Part shown: positions 9,342 to 19,804 of the stretch, piece after piece | Numbering within the stretch: position 1 is the stretch's first letter | Layout of the letters: each line of letters opens with the position of its first letter | NCBI GenBank assembly: GCA_020353515.1 | Contig: CP070695.1 | Coordinates: forward strand, 3,520,050 to 3,584,049 | Source: Candidatus Heimdallarchaeota archaeon | GTDB lineage: Archaea; Asgardarchaeota; Heimdallarchaeia; Hodarchaeales; Hodarchaeaceae | Length of the DNA stretch: 64,000 nt | Direction: 5' to 3' | Position numbers and translations under genes: made by a program | Notes under the pieces: model-generated | What the model saw: the letters and a program-made list of their open reading frames with translations, nothing else | Database searches by the model: none | What the model was told of the DNA's origin: nothing

Positions 9342-10409
9342 TTAATCCTTTAAATCAACGGAATTCTCCTTCTTTTCCTGTTCGTATTCTTTTGTATTGA
9401 TATAAGAAAGTGTAGTAACAACCCCAAAGAGAATTAGAGCGCCAATAATCTGTGTTAAAGAAAGTGTAAACCCTAAGAAGATAAAATTAATAAAAATAGC
9501 TAATAGAGGAAAAGCTAGCTCAGCTAAACCACTAACAGAAGCTTTTGACCATCTAAGACCAAAGTAGTAAAGAGCCAAAGGAATAATCCCCCCAGTTAAG
9601 ATCGCTGAATAAGTAATACAAATGATTCCAAGCATTGGAATTCCAAAATTGGTTTCAAAAAATCTTGGAAAAGTAGTGAATGATTCGCCAAGAGCATTAA
9701 AATTATCAGGTGTGTATGCCAAGACTATTATATTGAAAAATATTAATATTAGCGCTCCGCCAATGTATCGAAATGTTGTTATATCCCAATAATCAGCTTT
9801 TTCCGTCAATATTCGCCCAAAGACAGTGTTTGATCCCCAAAAAACTGCAGCTATTATTGAACATAAAGCAGCTAGAGCCTCAAAGCTAAATGTAATTCGA
9901 AAAGGATCTTCAAATGCGATTAAAAATATCCCAATAATAGAAAAGAATACTGCAATATAGTAGAACTTTGTAGGTCTTTCTTTCAATAAAATCATTGCTA
10001 CTAGCAAAGTAATTAGAGGTTGAGTTTTTTGAAGTAGGATTGCTACAGTTGGATTCCCTAATGCGAAGGAAATCAGAAAGAAATACAAACCTAATCCAGA
10101 TCCTAGCGAAACAAAAGCAATACTTATCCTTTCTCTGTTTTGAAAATCCTTCAATAAGGAGATAAAATGTGATTTTCCACGACGTATTAAGAGAATAGGA
10201 GTGATAATCAGAACACCAATGATATGTTCAATTGTTACAATAAAAGAAGAAAAACTACTTAATCGTAAAGCACTAGTTATATTCTGCACCCAGGTGTATC
10301 TACTTAACAGTAACGGATAACGGACTGGAGCATCTAATGCTCGCATCGCATTAGCGGTAGCCACAATTGCTGGCCCTATAAAAACTTCTTTTTGTTCGTC
10401 AGGATCCAA
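9342..10409 (-). CDS. DMT/EamA family transporter
   Basis: About 10 TM; LLQKTQPL...LLKER and YYFGL...AS..EL.FPL repeats. Confidence 0.88.
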   Translation of the reverse strand: MDPDEQKEVFIGPAIVATANAMRALDAPVRYPLLLSRYTWVQNITSALRLSSFSSFIVTIEHIIGVLIITPILLIRRGKSHFISLLKDFQNRERISIAFVSLGSGLGLYFFLISFALGNPTVAILLQKTQPLITLLVAMILLKERPTKFYYIAVFFSIIGIFLIAFEDPFRITFSFEALAALCSIIAAVFWGSNTVFGRILTEKADYWDITTFRYIGGALILIFFNIIVLAYTPDNFNALGESFTTFPRFFETNFGIPMLGIICITYSAILTGGIIPLALYYFGLRWSKASVSGLAELAFPLLAIFINFIFLGFTLSLTQIIGALILFGVVTTLSYINTKEYEQEKKENSVDLKD

Positions 10410-10776
10410 AAAAGTCCCTTCTTACTTTTATATTCGTATAAATAGAGTAGATCGATGATAAATTTATGCAAGGACATTTCAACAAAAAGATCAAGTTCTA
10501 CTATAAATGTTACGATTAAGGAGGAGTTCCTCCAAAAATGAGTATTTATACATTCCTCTCTTAATTATTTCTAATATTAGTTTAAATCGTGAAAATGAAT
10601 CAAAAAAATTGCTGAGAAATCTTGGGTAAATTTGAGTTATGAAGAATCCTTTAATCATAAAATTCACACATAATTAGTAATAACATTAATAAAAACGTAT
10701 AGATTTTCCATCTGAGTGTTGTTTAAAACTAGAATTAAAATAATAGGATGAAGATCAAGAAACGTACTTTATTTTT

Positions 10777-11400
10777 TTGAGAAAGGTGAGAGATATATTG
10801 GTATCTAAAGAGTTGACATTCAGAGCTCCTTCCTGGGATGATATAGAATCAATAACTGTCGAGCTTTATAATTTAGTAAGAAAAGATGGATATTCTCCTG
10901 ACATCATTGCTGGAATAAGTCGTGGAGGATTAGTTCCAGCGAGAATTATCAGTGATCTTTTTCTATGTCAATCTAAAAAACCTACTTTAGCAATTATGCA
11001 GATTGGGTTTTATTCGGGAGTGGGGAAGACAGAAAAAGAACCCATTATATACCAAGATCTCCCAGGACACATACATGGTAAGAAAATTTTACTTATTGAT
11101 GATGTTGCCGACAGTGGGGTATCGCTCGATTTTGCAATGAAATATTTAAACATGAAAAAACCTCTAGAGGTAAGAATAGGTACTCTATACTACAAACCAT
11201 GGTCAATGATAAAACCCCGATATTATGTAGAGGAAACAGAGAGCTGGATAATTTTCCCTCATGAAAGATATGAATTCATGGCGGAACAGTTAAAAAATAA
11301 AGAGATGGATACGAAAGAAGCGAGAAAATTTTTTATGGAAGAAGCTGGACTTCCTGATTACTCAATTAATCAGTTCCTTAAAATTATAAAAAAGAGATAA
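10777..11400 (+). CDS. Type I phosphoribosyltransferase, archaeal hypoxanthine/guanine/xanthine PRT-like
   Basis: IAGISRGGLVPA, PRPP-binding ILLIDDVADSGVSL, WIIFPHE. Confidence 0.9.
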   Translation: MRKVRDILVSKELTFRAPSWDDIESITVELYNLVRKDGYSPDIIAGISRGGLVPARIISDLFLCQSKKPTLAIMQIGFYSGVGKTEKEPIIYQDLPGHIHGKKILLIDDVADSGVSLDFAMKYLNMKKPLEVRIGTLYYKPWSMIKPRYYVEETESWIIFPHERYEFMAEQLKNKEMDTKEARKFFMEEAGLPDYSINQFLKIIKKR

Positions 11401-11408
11401 ATCAAGAA

Positions 11409-12734
11409 TTATCTTTTCTTCATATTTCTCTCAATATTCTCTACTACTCGATCTACAATCTCTGGTGCCAAACCAATATACTTTTTGGGATCTAGGATAT
11501 CATCAATTTCTTTTTCCAAGAATATTGTTTTGATTTGTGGATGATTTTTTACTGCATTGACAAAATCATCTTCTTTTGTAAGATCACGTAAGATTTCATG
11601 AGCTTTTTGCCTGCCTATTGAGCTTGTTAGCTTAACTAGCAAATTTTCACTACACTGGCGTCCCTTTAACAAGTATAGATTTCTCTCAACGTTTTCTTCA
11701 TTAATTATCAATTCGTTGAGGAGTTCTTTCATCTCTAGGAGGGAGAAATCAATCAGAATGATAAGCTGTGGGAGGATTATTCGTTCGTTGCTAGAATTAG
11801 ACATATCTCTTTCATGTTCTAATGAAACATTTTCTATTACTGATGGTATTATGGAACGAAGATATCGTGCAATTCCGCAAATCCGTTCTAGTCTCCAAGG
11901 ATTTTGTTTTTGCGGCATTGTTGAAGACCCAACTTGTTTTTGTGTACTTGTTTCACTTACTTCCCCAATTTCAGTCCGTTGTAAATTTCTTAATTCTCTT
12001 GCTAATTTGTCAAGTACTGCACTAACGGCTATTAAAGAGGAAACAAAGTGAAAATATATAACTCTAGGTACAACTTGAGTTGAAATCATAGATGATTCTA
12101 ATCCTAATTTGCGCATGACATCCTTTTCAATTTCACTTGTGCCATATGCTGCATAAGTACCTACTGCACCGGAGAGCTTACCATAAATAACCGTTTCCAA
12201 TAAATTTTCTCTAGTAATATAAAGCTCATTGAGAAAATTAGCGAATTTAAACCCGTATGTTGTTGGGATTGCATGTTTTCCATGAGTTCGGCCGATACAA
12301 ACAAGGTTACGATATTTCTTCGCCAACTGAATTAAAGTATACAATAAATCATCAATATGTTCAAGGAGAAGATTTTTTGCTTCTTTAAGTTGTAATGCTG
12401 TGACAGTATCTTGAATATCGCTAGAAGTGGCTCCTAGATGAATAAATTGACCATAATTTGGACAAACTTCAGTAGCAGCCATTATAACGCTAAAAAGATC
12501 ATGTCGAGTTTCTTTTTCTATTTCTTTTACTCTTTTTAATGATATATTTTCGAGTTTAACATATTTTTCGATTTCTTCCGCTGCTTCTTGTGGAATTTTA
12601 CCATAAACGGCATTAGCTTCAGCTAATTTTCGTTCAACGAGAAGTTGAAGTTCTAGTTGCTTTTCTTCTTCAAAAATATCAGCAATAGGTGTTTTATAGC
12701 GTTTATAAGCAAAAGATGTCATAACACATGCCAC
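11409..12734 (-). CDS. purB: Adenylosuccinate lyase
   Basis: HLGATSSDI, GRTHGKHA, GSSTMPQKQNP signature, HERDMSNS. Confidence 0.95.
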   Translation of the reverse strand: MACVMTSFAYKRYKTPIADIFEEEKQLELQLLVERKLAEANAVYGKIPQEAAEEIEKYVKLENISLKRVKEIEKETRHDLFSVIMAATEVCPNYGQFIHLGATSSDIQDTVTALQLKEAKNLLLEHIDDLLYTLIQLAKKYRNLVCIGRTHGKHAIPTTYGFKFANFLNELYITRENLLETVIYGKLSGAVGTYAAYGTSEIEKDVMRKLGLESSMISTQVVPRVIYFHFVSSLIAVSAVLDKLARELRNLQRTEIGEVSETSTQKQVGSSTMPQKQNPWRLERICGIARYLRSIIPSVIENVSLEHERDMSNSSNERIILPQLIILIDFSLLEMKELLNELIINEENVERNLYLLKGRQCSENLLVKLTSSIGRQKAHEILRDLTKEDDFVNAVKNHPQIKTIFLEKEIDDILDPKKYIGLAPEIVDRVVENIERNMKKR

Positions 12735-12937
12735 AGAAATTAATTTTCAGAGATCTCATTAGTAATATCAATTAATTAAATACCATTTGAGATGTGAAGA
12801 AATAACACATAAATTTTTTTTGAAAAAGGAAGGAATACAACATAAAAGTAATAAAATGATATGATTGAATTTGTGAATGTACCTCATTTTATGAATTACA
12901 ATTTTTAATATCTTGAATAAACGGAGTTTAGTCTAAG

Positions 12938-13942
12938 ATGACATGTGATATCGTTTGTGGGGGATTTTGGGGTGATGAAGGAAAGGGAAAGATTATTAGC
13001 TATCTTGTAAACAAGCGTCGAGCAAGAGTTGTAGCTAAAGGAGGCGTAGGACCAAATGCTGGTCATACAATAGTCATAAAAGACAAAGAGTACAAACTTC
13101 GGATGATTCCCTCTGGAATTGGTGGCTCACATGTTGATAAACTTCTTATTGGACCTGGTGTCCTAGTAAACCCAGACATTTTCTTGAAAGAGTTAGAAAT
13201 GACAGAAACTGAGGGGATATCTTATCTTGATCCGCAATGTGGTATAATAACTCCTAAACATATTGAGATTGATACAACCGACAAACACTTAACTCAAATC
13301 GTTGGAACTTCTGGAGCAGGTACTGGACCTGCTAATCAAGATCGGATCCGTCGCGTATTAAATCTGGCACGAGATGTTGATGAATTAAAACCCTATCTTT
13401 TAGATGTTCCTCATGAAGTAAACAAAACTATAGATAATAACTATCCTGTTTTAATAGAGGGAACGCAAGCGACTCATTTATCTCTATTTCACGGAACTTA
13501 CCCATTTGTTACTTCAAAAGACGTGACTGCTTCATCTATTTGTGCTGATGTGGGAATTGGACCTACAAAAATTACTGATGTAGTTCTTGTTTTCAAGGCG
13601 TATGTCACTCGTGTTGGTGAAGGACCATTACCTAACCAACTATCTGAAGAAGAAACTCGAAGAAAAGGATGGGTTGAATATGGTACGGTTACAGGACGCC
13701 TTCGGAGAGCTGCACCTTTTAATATTGATCTTGCAAGAAGAAGTATCATGCTAAATGGCGCTACAAAACTTGCTTTGACAAAATTGGATATTATATACCC
13801 GAATGAAGCAGGTAAACGTCACTTTAATGATTTAGAAACTGAAACTAAGAAGTGGATAAGTGAAATTGAAGAGAAAATAGGTATGAAATTTCATTTTATT
13901 GGAACAGGACCTGCTAATGTTGATATCATAGATCGAGAATAA
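12938..13942 (+). CDS. purA: Adenylosuccinate synthetase (short archaeal type)
   Basis: WGDEGKGK, GPNAGHT, IEGTQ, GTYPFVTS, YGTVTGRLRR, LTKLD. Confidence 0.96.
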   Translation: MTCDIVCGGFWGDEGKGKIISYLVNKRRARVVAKGGVGPNAGHTIVIKDKEYKLRMIPSGIGGSHVDKLLIGPGVLVNPDIFLKELEMTETEGISYLDPQCGIITPKHIEIDTTDKHLTQIVGTSGAGTGPANQDRIRRVLNLARDVDELKPYLLDVPHEVNKTIDNNYPVLIEGTQATHLSLFHGTYPFVTSKDVTASSICADVGIGPTKITDVVLVFKAYVTRVGEGPLPNQLSEEETRRKGWVEYGTVTGRLRRAAPFNIDLARRSIMLNGATKLALTKLDIIYPNEAGKRHFNDLETETKKWISEIEEKIGMKFHFIGTGPANVDIIDRE

Positions 13943-14015
13943 TACCATATGTCAATGCCAATTTCGATGGACATTTATTAGAAATTGTAAACACTGATAT
14001 AAAGGTTGAAGTATA

Positions 14016-14780
14016 ATGAATGAAGAACCAGTTGAAGTAGTCGCGGTAGGCCCACATCCTGATGATGTTGAACTAGGTATTGGGGGTACCCTGGCAAAAT
14101 TATCAAAAAAAGGTATCAAGACTGGTATAATCGATTTAACTAACGCAGAACCAACTCCCAAAAACGTAAAATATCGTTCTCCTGATGATTATGACCCAGA
14201 TTATGCTGAACAAAGAATAAACGAGGCTAAAGAAGCAGCTCGTATCCTAGGAGCAGAAAGAATAACATTAGATCTCCCAAATCGACGACTTTTTGATACA
14301 TTCGAAACACGCTGTAAATTGGCTACAATATTTCGGGAATGGCGTCCTAAGGTGGTTATTTCGATGTATGGTAAGACTTTGATGGCTTCGCCTGATCATT
14401 ACCAGGCACAACAAATAGTAGAGGCAGCAATATTCTACTCTAGATTAACGAAATGGGATAAATACTTCGAGAATCTCCCTGTTCATCGCATCAATTCATT
14501 ATTATATTTTCCAGTCCGATTTATTGATTTACATCCAGAAGGTTACACATCATTTTTCATTGATATCACAAATGAAGTTGATCTTAAAGAAAAAGCTATC
14601 CTTGTGTATAAATCTCAGGGATTTGTCCCGAGTAAAACAACTCAAATCTCTCACTTTCCATCAATGCTCCTAACATGGAATAAAACCCTTGGATCACGAA
14701 TTGGAGTGGAATATGCAGAACATCTAGTATCTCCTGTTCCCCTCCGCTGTGATGATTTTGGTTATTTCATGAACAAATAG
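14016..14780 (+). CDS. PIG-L/LmbE family deacetylase (BshB1-like)
   Basis: GPHPDDVELGIGGT, EAKEAARILG, PDH, YKSQ, GVEYAE. Confidence 0.88.
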   Translation: MNEEPVEVVAVGPHPDDVELGIGGTLAKLSKKGIKTGIIDLTNAEPTPKNVKYRSPDDYDPDYAEQRINEAKEAARILGAERITLDLPNRRLFDTFETRCKLATIFREWRPKVVISMYGKTLMASPDHYQAQQIVEAAIFYSRLTKWDKYFENLPVHRINSLLYFPVRFIDLHPEGYTSFFIDITNEVDLKEKAILVYKSQGFVPSKTTQISHFPSMLLTWNKTLGSRIGVEYAEHLVSPVPLRCDDFGYFMNK

Positions 14781-15729
14781 TATTTTCATTAGCTTCTCGG
14801 GTAGTTATTAACACCCAGAGACTCTCTGCTCTGCTTACTATTTTTTCTTCTACTCTTTCCTTAAAGATAACTACAATCATTGATTGTGAATAAGTAGAAC
14901 CTGTTTGTGTTAGAGATAAACTTCCATTGACGCTGTCTAAATAGTACCATTGGCCATCATCCAATTGAATGAACCCTTTCATTCGTCTTGTTTTTTTTGC
15001 TAATTCAGAGAAGTATTCCCGTACTTTTTGTGAGTCTAATCCATGATTGGCTCTTAACGAAATATCGATAGCGCTTTTTGTAGTTGCAAATGTACCGGGA
15101 AAGTCTTTTTCCACAACCTTTCTTTTTGAATACATTTTTTCTAATTTATCTTGTGATAGATCCCCAAAACTAGTTCTTATAATTTTAATTCTCGAATTAA
15201 TTGAGCGAAGCTTGTGTTTTATTTCCAAGACTCTCTTTGGGGTTACCAAATCAATTTTATTGATTATAGCTACTGATGCATACTGAATTTGCTTTTCAAT
15301 TGTCTGAACTACATCAACAAGACTTATGAAATGAAGTGAATCAATTAAACAAATATTTCCAGAATAAGCATATATTTCCCCAATTTTTTTTCTAACTATC
15401 TGCAAATCTTTATCCATTGTAACGGGGTCTGCAAGTCCAGATGCCTCAATGAATAGAACATCTATCGGAGTTGTGGATAATTGGATTAATTCTTCAACGA
15501 AGGTATCATGTCGACATTGGCAGAAAATTGATCCCCCATTGATTTCTATCAATTCGAGCTCGTTTTGAGGTAATAATAATCCGTCAATCCCGATTTCACC
15601 AAATTCATTCATTAAAACTCCACATTTTTGAGAAGAGAAAAGAGACAGCAACTTTAGTAAAAATGTTGTCTTTCCTGAACCTAAGAAACCATTAATCAAA
15701 AAGAGATGGATTTGTTTCTCTTGCATCAC
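14767..15729 (-). CDS. CobW/COG0523 G3E-family GTPase metallochaperone
   Basis: GFLGSGKTT, NEFGEIGID, GSIFCQC, IEASGLADP, NKID; C-terminal RMKGF domain. Confidence 0.9.
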   Translation of the reverse strand: MMQEKQIHLFLINGFLGSGKTTFLLKLLSLFSSQKCGVLMNEFGEIGIDGLLLPQNELELIEINGGSIFCQCRHDTFVEELIQLSTTPIDVLFIEASGLADPVTMDKDLQIVRKKIGEIYAYSGNICLIDSLHFISLVDVVQTIEKQIQYASVAIINKIDLVTPKRVLEIKHKLRSINSRIKIIRTSFGDLSQDKLEKMYSKRKVVEKDFPGTFATTKSAIDISLRANHGLDSQKVREYFSELAKKTRRMKGFIQLDDGQWYYLDSVNGSLSLTQTGSTYSQSMIVVIFKERVEEKIVSRAESLWVLITTREANENTICS

Positions 15730-17117
15730 AGTACTCTCTTTATTTCATTGATTAATTCCTCTTTATTAGGGATAATTGAGGACCATTTTAGCTCACCATT
15801 TATTAAAATACAAGGAAGGTGTTGGATATTCAATTTTTTTGCTCGTGCAACATTCTCTCGTTTGATAAATCTGTATTCTGTCAGTTCTATTTTGTCCCCA
15901 AATTCTTTCTTTGCATCAAGGGCTGTTGCAAGCATATACCCGCAAGCTGCACATGTAGCAGAGTCAATGGTAAAAACTTCAATAATAGGTTTGGTTAAAC
16001 TCTTGTAGTCTGGTAATTCAACCTCGATATCTATTTCCGCGATTTCATAATTTGTTAGTGACTTTTTAATTAGTTCAGGCTCCTTAATTGCTTGAAACGC
16101 TCCAATCACATTATCAGGGGGAACATCATATGGCATGTCGCAACCCGGGGCGATAATCAAATTGTCCTTTCCGACATCATCAATTAATTTGATAACATAT
16201 TTCATATTATCTTGTTGAGAGCCGAATAACATAACGGTTGTAAGAGGAATATTCCCACCTAGTACAATATTTTTCGGTTTAACTATGTTCATTGCTTTTA
16301 TCATATCAATATTTTCATCTACAAACATAGAATCGGGATTTGTCTTTGCAATTAGTGATAAGTTTTTAGTGGCATCTCCACATACAAAAAAGGATGAAAA
16401 ATGGTTTTTTCTCTTAATTTCGTGGAATATCTCCTGAAAATGGTTTGTCAGATATTCCTCAAATGTGTGCGGGGAGATTTGTGATACAACTGGATCTACA
16501 ACAGCAATAACATCCATTCCTGCGTTAATATAATGATCATTCACTTTTTGACAAACTTGGGTCGTATAATCAAGTAATTCGTGCACGAACTCCTTATTTT
16601 GGAATAAATCCAAATATACATTTGTTCCACGGAGATGAGACGCTAGAGTCAAAGGACCTGTTGTTAAACCAAAGAGGGCTGTTCTGTCTCCAATCATTCT
16701 TTTCAATTCATCCATTACCTCAAGAATCATTGGGAGTCTTCCATCAGTAGCTTGGGGTAAATTTGTTGGAACAACTGGATTGTTTTTTAAAGGATGAGAA
16801 ATAACCATTGGAGGGTTCTTATCACTCCATTTTAAACCACAACCCAAAATCTCAGCCTCAACTTGTAAATCAAACAGAACTGGTTGACCATCAGGATGAT
16901 ACAGCTTATTAACTTCAATTAAGCATTCAAATAATCTGTTTTTATTAGTTAGTATATCAGTGGCAGTGTATTTCTTTAGAAAAGCGGAATGTACTCCTGC
17001 AAATGGAACCCAAGGGATTTGATCTACTTTTTGATGTTTAAATACCTTAAAAAGCAGTTCTTTACCCCTTTCTTGATTATGGCTGTGTATATTCACTATC
17101 TTTTGCCTCTCATTCAA
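15726..17117 (-). CDS. Uroporphyrinogen-decarboxylase/MtaA-like methyltransferase family protein with C-terminal thioredoxin-like domain
   Basis: DLQVEAEILG, GPLTLAS, FVCG, LGGNI, IIAPGCD; C-terminal DSATCAAC...LPCILING. Confidence 0.85.
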   Translation of the reverse strand: MNERQKIVNIHSHNQERGKELLFKVFKHQKVDQIPWVPFAGVHSAFLKKYTATDILTNKNRLFECLIEVNKLYHPDGQPVLFDLQVEAEILGCGLKWSDKNPPMVISHPLKNNPVVPTNLPQATDGRLPMILEVMDELKRMIGDRTALFGLTTGPLTLASHLRGTNVYLDLFQNKEFVHELLDYTTQVCQKVNDHYINAGMDVIAVVDPVVSQISPHTFEEYLTNHFQEIFHEIKRKNHFSSFFVCGDATKNLSLIAKTNPDSMFVDENIDMIKAMNIVKPKNIVLGGNIPLTTVMLFGSQQDNMKYVIKLIDDVGKDNLIIAPGCDMPYDVPPDNVIGAFQAIKEPELIKKSLTNYEIAEIDIEVELPDYKSLTKPIIEVFTIDSATCAACGYMLATALDAKKEFGDKIELTEYRFIKRENVARAKKLNIQHLPCILINGELKWSSIIPNKEELINEIKRVL

Positions 17118-17200
17118 GGACGCACTAAGTTATAATCATCATAACTTAAAAATTTCTGCTTATTTAGATTGTTATCAAAGGAATAAGTTGGTGAAAATCT

Positions 17201-18655
17201 ATGCCATTAAAAACACCTGAAGAATATCTTGAGAGTATCAAAAGAGAAGTAACTCTGTATATGTTTGGTGAAAAAATTAAAGAATTTTGGAAACACCCAT
17301 ATTTTAAAATAATTGAGCCCTCAATTAACACAGTAAGAAAAATTTATGAACTCGCTCAAATGGATGAATACAAACATCTCATGACTGCTACATCACACCT
17401 GACTGGTGGGACTGTGAATCGTTTTACCCACATTCACCAATCTGTTGAAGATCTAATTCTTAAAATAAAAATGCAAAGACTTGTCGGGCAACAGACAGCA
17501 TGTTGTTTTCAACGATGTGTTGGCTTTGATGCTGCAAATGCCCTCTATAGTGTAACCTGGGAGATAGATAAAAAATGTGGTACAAACTATCATGAACGCT
17601 TTAAGAACTATTGGATTGGGGTTCAAAAAGAAGATCTAATGGTAGCAGGAACAATGACAGATACAAAAGGTGATCGTAGTAAAAGACCAAATCAACAATC
17701 TGACCCAGATCAATACCTACGCGTCGTTGAGGAAGGTGAAGATGGAATTATAGTTCGAGGAGCAAAGATTCATCAGACAGGTTTTCTTAACTCTCATAAG
17801 GCTATTATTATGCCTACTCTATCTTTGAGACCTGGGGAAGAGGACTATGCTGTTAGTTTTGGCATAGATACAAACGAAAAAGGTATAACAATGGTTTACG
17901 GTAGACAGACATGTGATACTCGTAAAATGGAGGAAGGAAAGTATGATATTGGAAATTGGAAATATGGTGGACAAGAGATTTTTGTAATCTTTGATGATGT
18001 GTTTGTCCCTGTCGATCAAATTTTCATGAAAGGAGAAATAAAGTTTTCAGGAGATTTAGTAAATAGATTTGCAGGTTTCCATAGACAATCTTATGGTGGA
18101 TGCAAAGTCGGAGTAGGTGACGTTCTAATCGGTGCAACAGCGTTAATAGCTCAATATAATGGAGTTGAGAGAGTATCACATCTTAGAGATAAGATAGTTG
18201 AAATGCTACATCTAAATGAAACACTTTATTGTTGTGGTATTGCCTGTAGCTCTTTAGGTTTTCAAAGAGAAGCAGGAAATTATGAAATGGACATGCTTCT
18301 AGCAAACATATGTAAACAGAATGTCACGAGATTTCCTTATGAGATCGGTCGCTTAGCAGAAGATGTAGCTGGAGGAATTATTTGTACGATGCCATCTCAG
18401 GCCGATTTTGATTCCAAAGAAGTTGGGGCTTTAGTAAAGAAATACCTCTCAACTTGTGATGATGTACCAGTGGAAGCACGTTATAAGCTTCTTCGATTCA
18501 TAGAAAATCTATCAATGGGTGTTGCCTCTCTAAGTTATAAAACAGAATCATTACATGGCGCTGGTTCTCCACAAGCACAAAGGATTATGATAAGCAGACA
18601 GGGGAATTTAGAAGAGAAAATTCTTCTAGTGAAAGAAATTCTTGATATAGATTAA
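17201..18655 (+). CDS. abfD: 4-hydroxybutyryl-CoA dehydratase
   Basis: CFQRCVGFD and FHRQSYGGCK [4Fe-4S] ligand motifs; MTDTKGDRS; HGAGSPQAQ. Confidence 0.88.
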   Translation: MPLKTPEEYLESIKREVTLYMFGEKIKEFWKHPYFKIIEPSINTVRKIYELAQMDEYKHLMTATSHLTGGTVNRFTHIHQSVEDLILKIKMQRLVGQQTACCFQRCVGFDAANALYSVTWEIDKKCGTNYHERFKNYWIGVQKEDLMVAGTMTDTKGDRSKRPNQQSDPDQYLRVVEEGEDGIIVRGAKIHQTGFLNSHKAIIMPTLSLRPGEEDYAVSFGIDTNEKGITMVYGRQTCDTRKMEEGKYDIGNWKYGGQEIFVIFDDVFVPVDQIFMKGEIKFSGDLVNRFAGFHRQSYGGCKVGVGDVLIGATALIAQYNGVERVSHLRDKIVEMLHLNETLYCCGIACSSLGFQREAGNYEMDMLLANICKQNVTRFPYEIGRLAEDVAGGIICTMPSQADFDSKEVGALVKKYLSTCDDVPVEARYKLLRFIENLSMGVASLSYKTESLHGAGSPQAQRIMISRQGNLEEKILLVKEILDID

Positions 18656-18662
18656 GATGAAT

Positions 18663-19739
18663 TTATGTTTCTTTGATTTTCTCAAGAAATAATTGAAATT
18701 GGTTTTGAGTCAAAAATGCACCACAGGCTTTTGGATGTCCGCCTCCAAATCCAGAGAACATCGGTATAAAATTTATATCGCTGTCTGATGGTGCTCTTGC
18801 AGATACTCGACAAAATTTTTTACATGAATAAGCTACAACTGGTTTTCCGATCAATTCTGCTATTATTCTTCCAATAACCCCATTTCCTATTAAAGAAGTA
18901 TTATTGATTAACCATATACCAGATTTTGTTGTCTCAGTTGGCTTTTTTGGGACTTGTTGGACAATGTTGAAAAACTCTTGATTATTCTTGCTAAGAATTT
19001 TTCTTACAAGTTCTTGTGCTGTTGATAGATCGGTTATTTCGTTGATAAATCGAAGATATAATTCTTTCCAACCTTCTTCTACACCTTCAAAGCTTAATGC
19101 TTCGATTTTTTCCTTAAAATAGGGATAAATCAGTCCATCGTAATTTTTTTGTTCAAAGAGATAGTCAAACTGGACATGGCTTTCTTCAAAGATATTTTTA
19201 AGTTTCGGATCGTAAAAATATTTAATTTTTCTATCCTGATTCACTGTGAAATTAATACCCGCGTCTGCTAATATCCCTAACAAGTTCAAGTAATCATATA
19301 ATGGTTCAGTTTTAAGTCCTAATTCCATTATAACTTCATAAACTAAAAAAGTAGCTGGGAGGTAACATTTACCGTCCTTACATGGATTGTACATAACGAC
19401 TCGTTGTGGAAATCCTTTTTCGCTTGTTACATGATGATCAATTGCAAAAGATTGCCTTGCTTGGTTTGCTGCTCTACGATAGTTTGGTGTATTGTCATAA
19501 GCTAAATCCACCATGATTAAAATATCGAATTCTTGATCGATTGGAATCTCCCATCGTAATTCATTTCGAAAATATGTTTCTACTTCGATATCAAACAAAT
19601 TAAAGAGTGCAAGATCAAGTAAAATGGCACTAAATACTCCATCAAGATCATTATCAGCTGCTATGGCAACTGAAGGATCATTAGAACTTAAAATTGATTT
19701 TAAAGAAGCAGTGAAATCATTTAGTGTTAAAAACATCAT
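18663..19739 (-). CDS. DHH/DHHA1 phosphoesterase (RecJ/NrnA-like)
   Basis: DNDLDG, VD, IDHH, GILAD, SAR, GGGHPKACG. Confidence 0.88.
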   Translation of the reverse strand: MMFLTLNDFTASLKSILSSNDPSVAIAADNDLDGVFSAILLDLALFNLFDIEVETYFRNELRWEIPIDQEFDILIMVDLAYDNTPNYRRAANQARQSFAIDHHVTSEKGFPQRVVMYNPCKDGKCYLPATFLVYEVIMELGLKTEPLYDYLNLLGILADAGINFTVNQDRKIKYFYDPKLKNIFEESHVQFDYLFEQKNYDGLIYPYFKEKIEALSFEGVEEGWKELYLRFINEITDLSTAQELVRKILSKNNQEFFNIVQQVPKKPTETTKSGIWLINNTSLIGNGVIGRIIAELIGKPVVAYSCKKFCRVSARAPSDSDINFIPMFSGFGGGHPKACGAFLTQNQFQLFLEKIKET

Positions 19740-19804
19740 TTCAACCTCAAATAATCACTCAAGTTTTAAGGGGTCTGTGGATTCTCTCAAAGCCTTTAGA
19801 TTTA

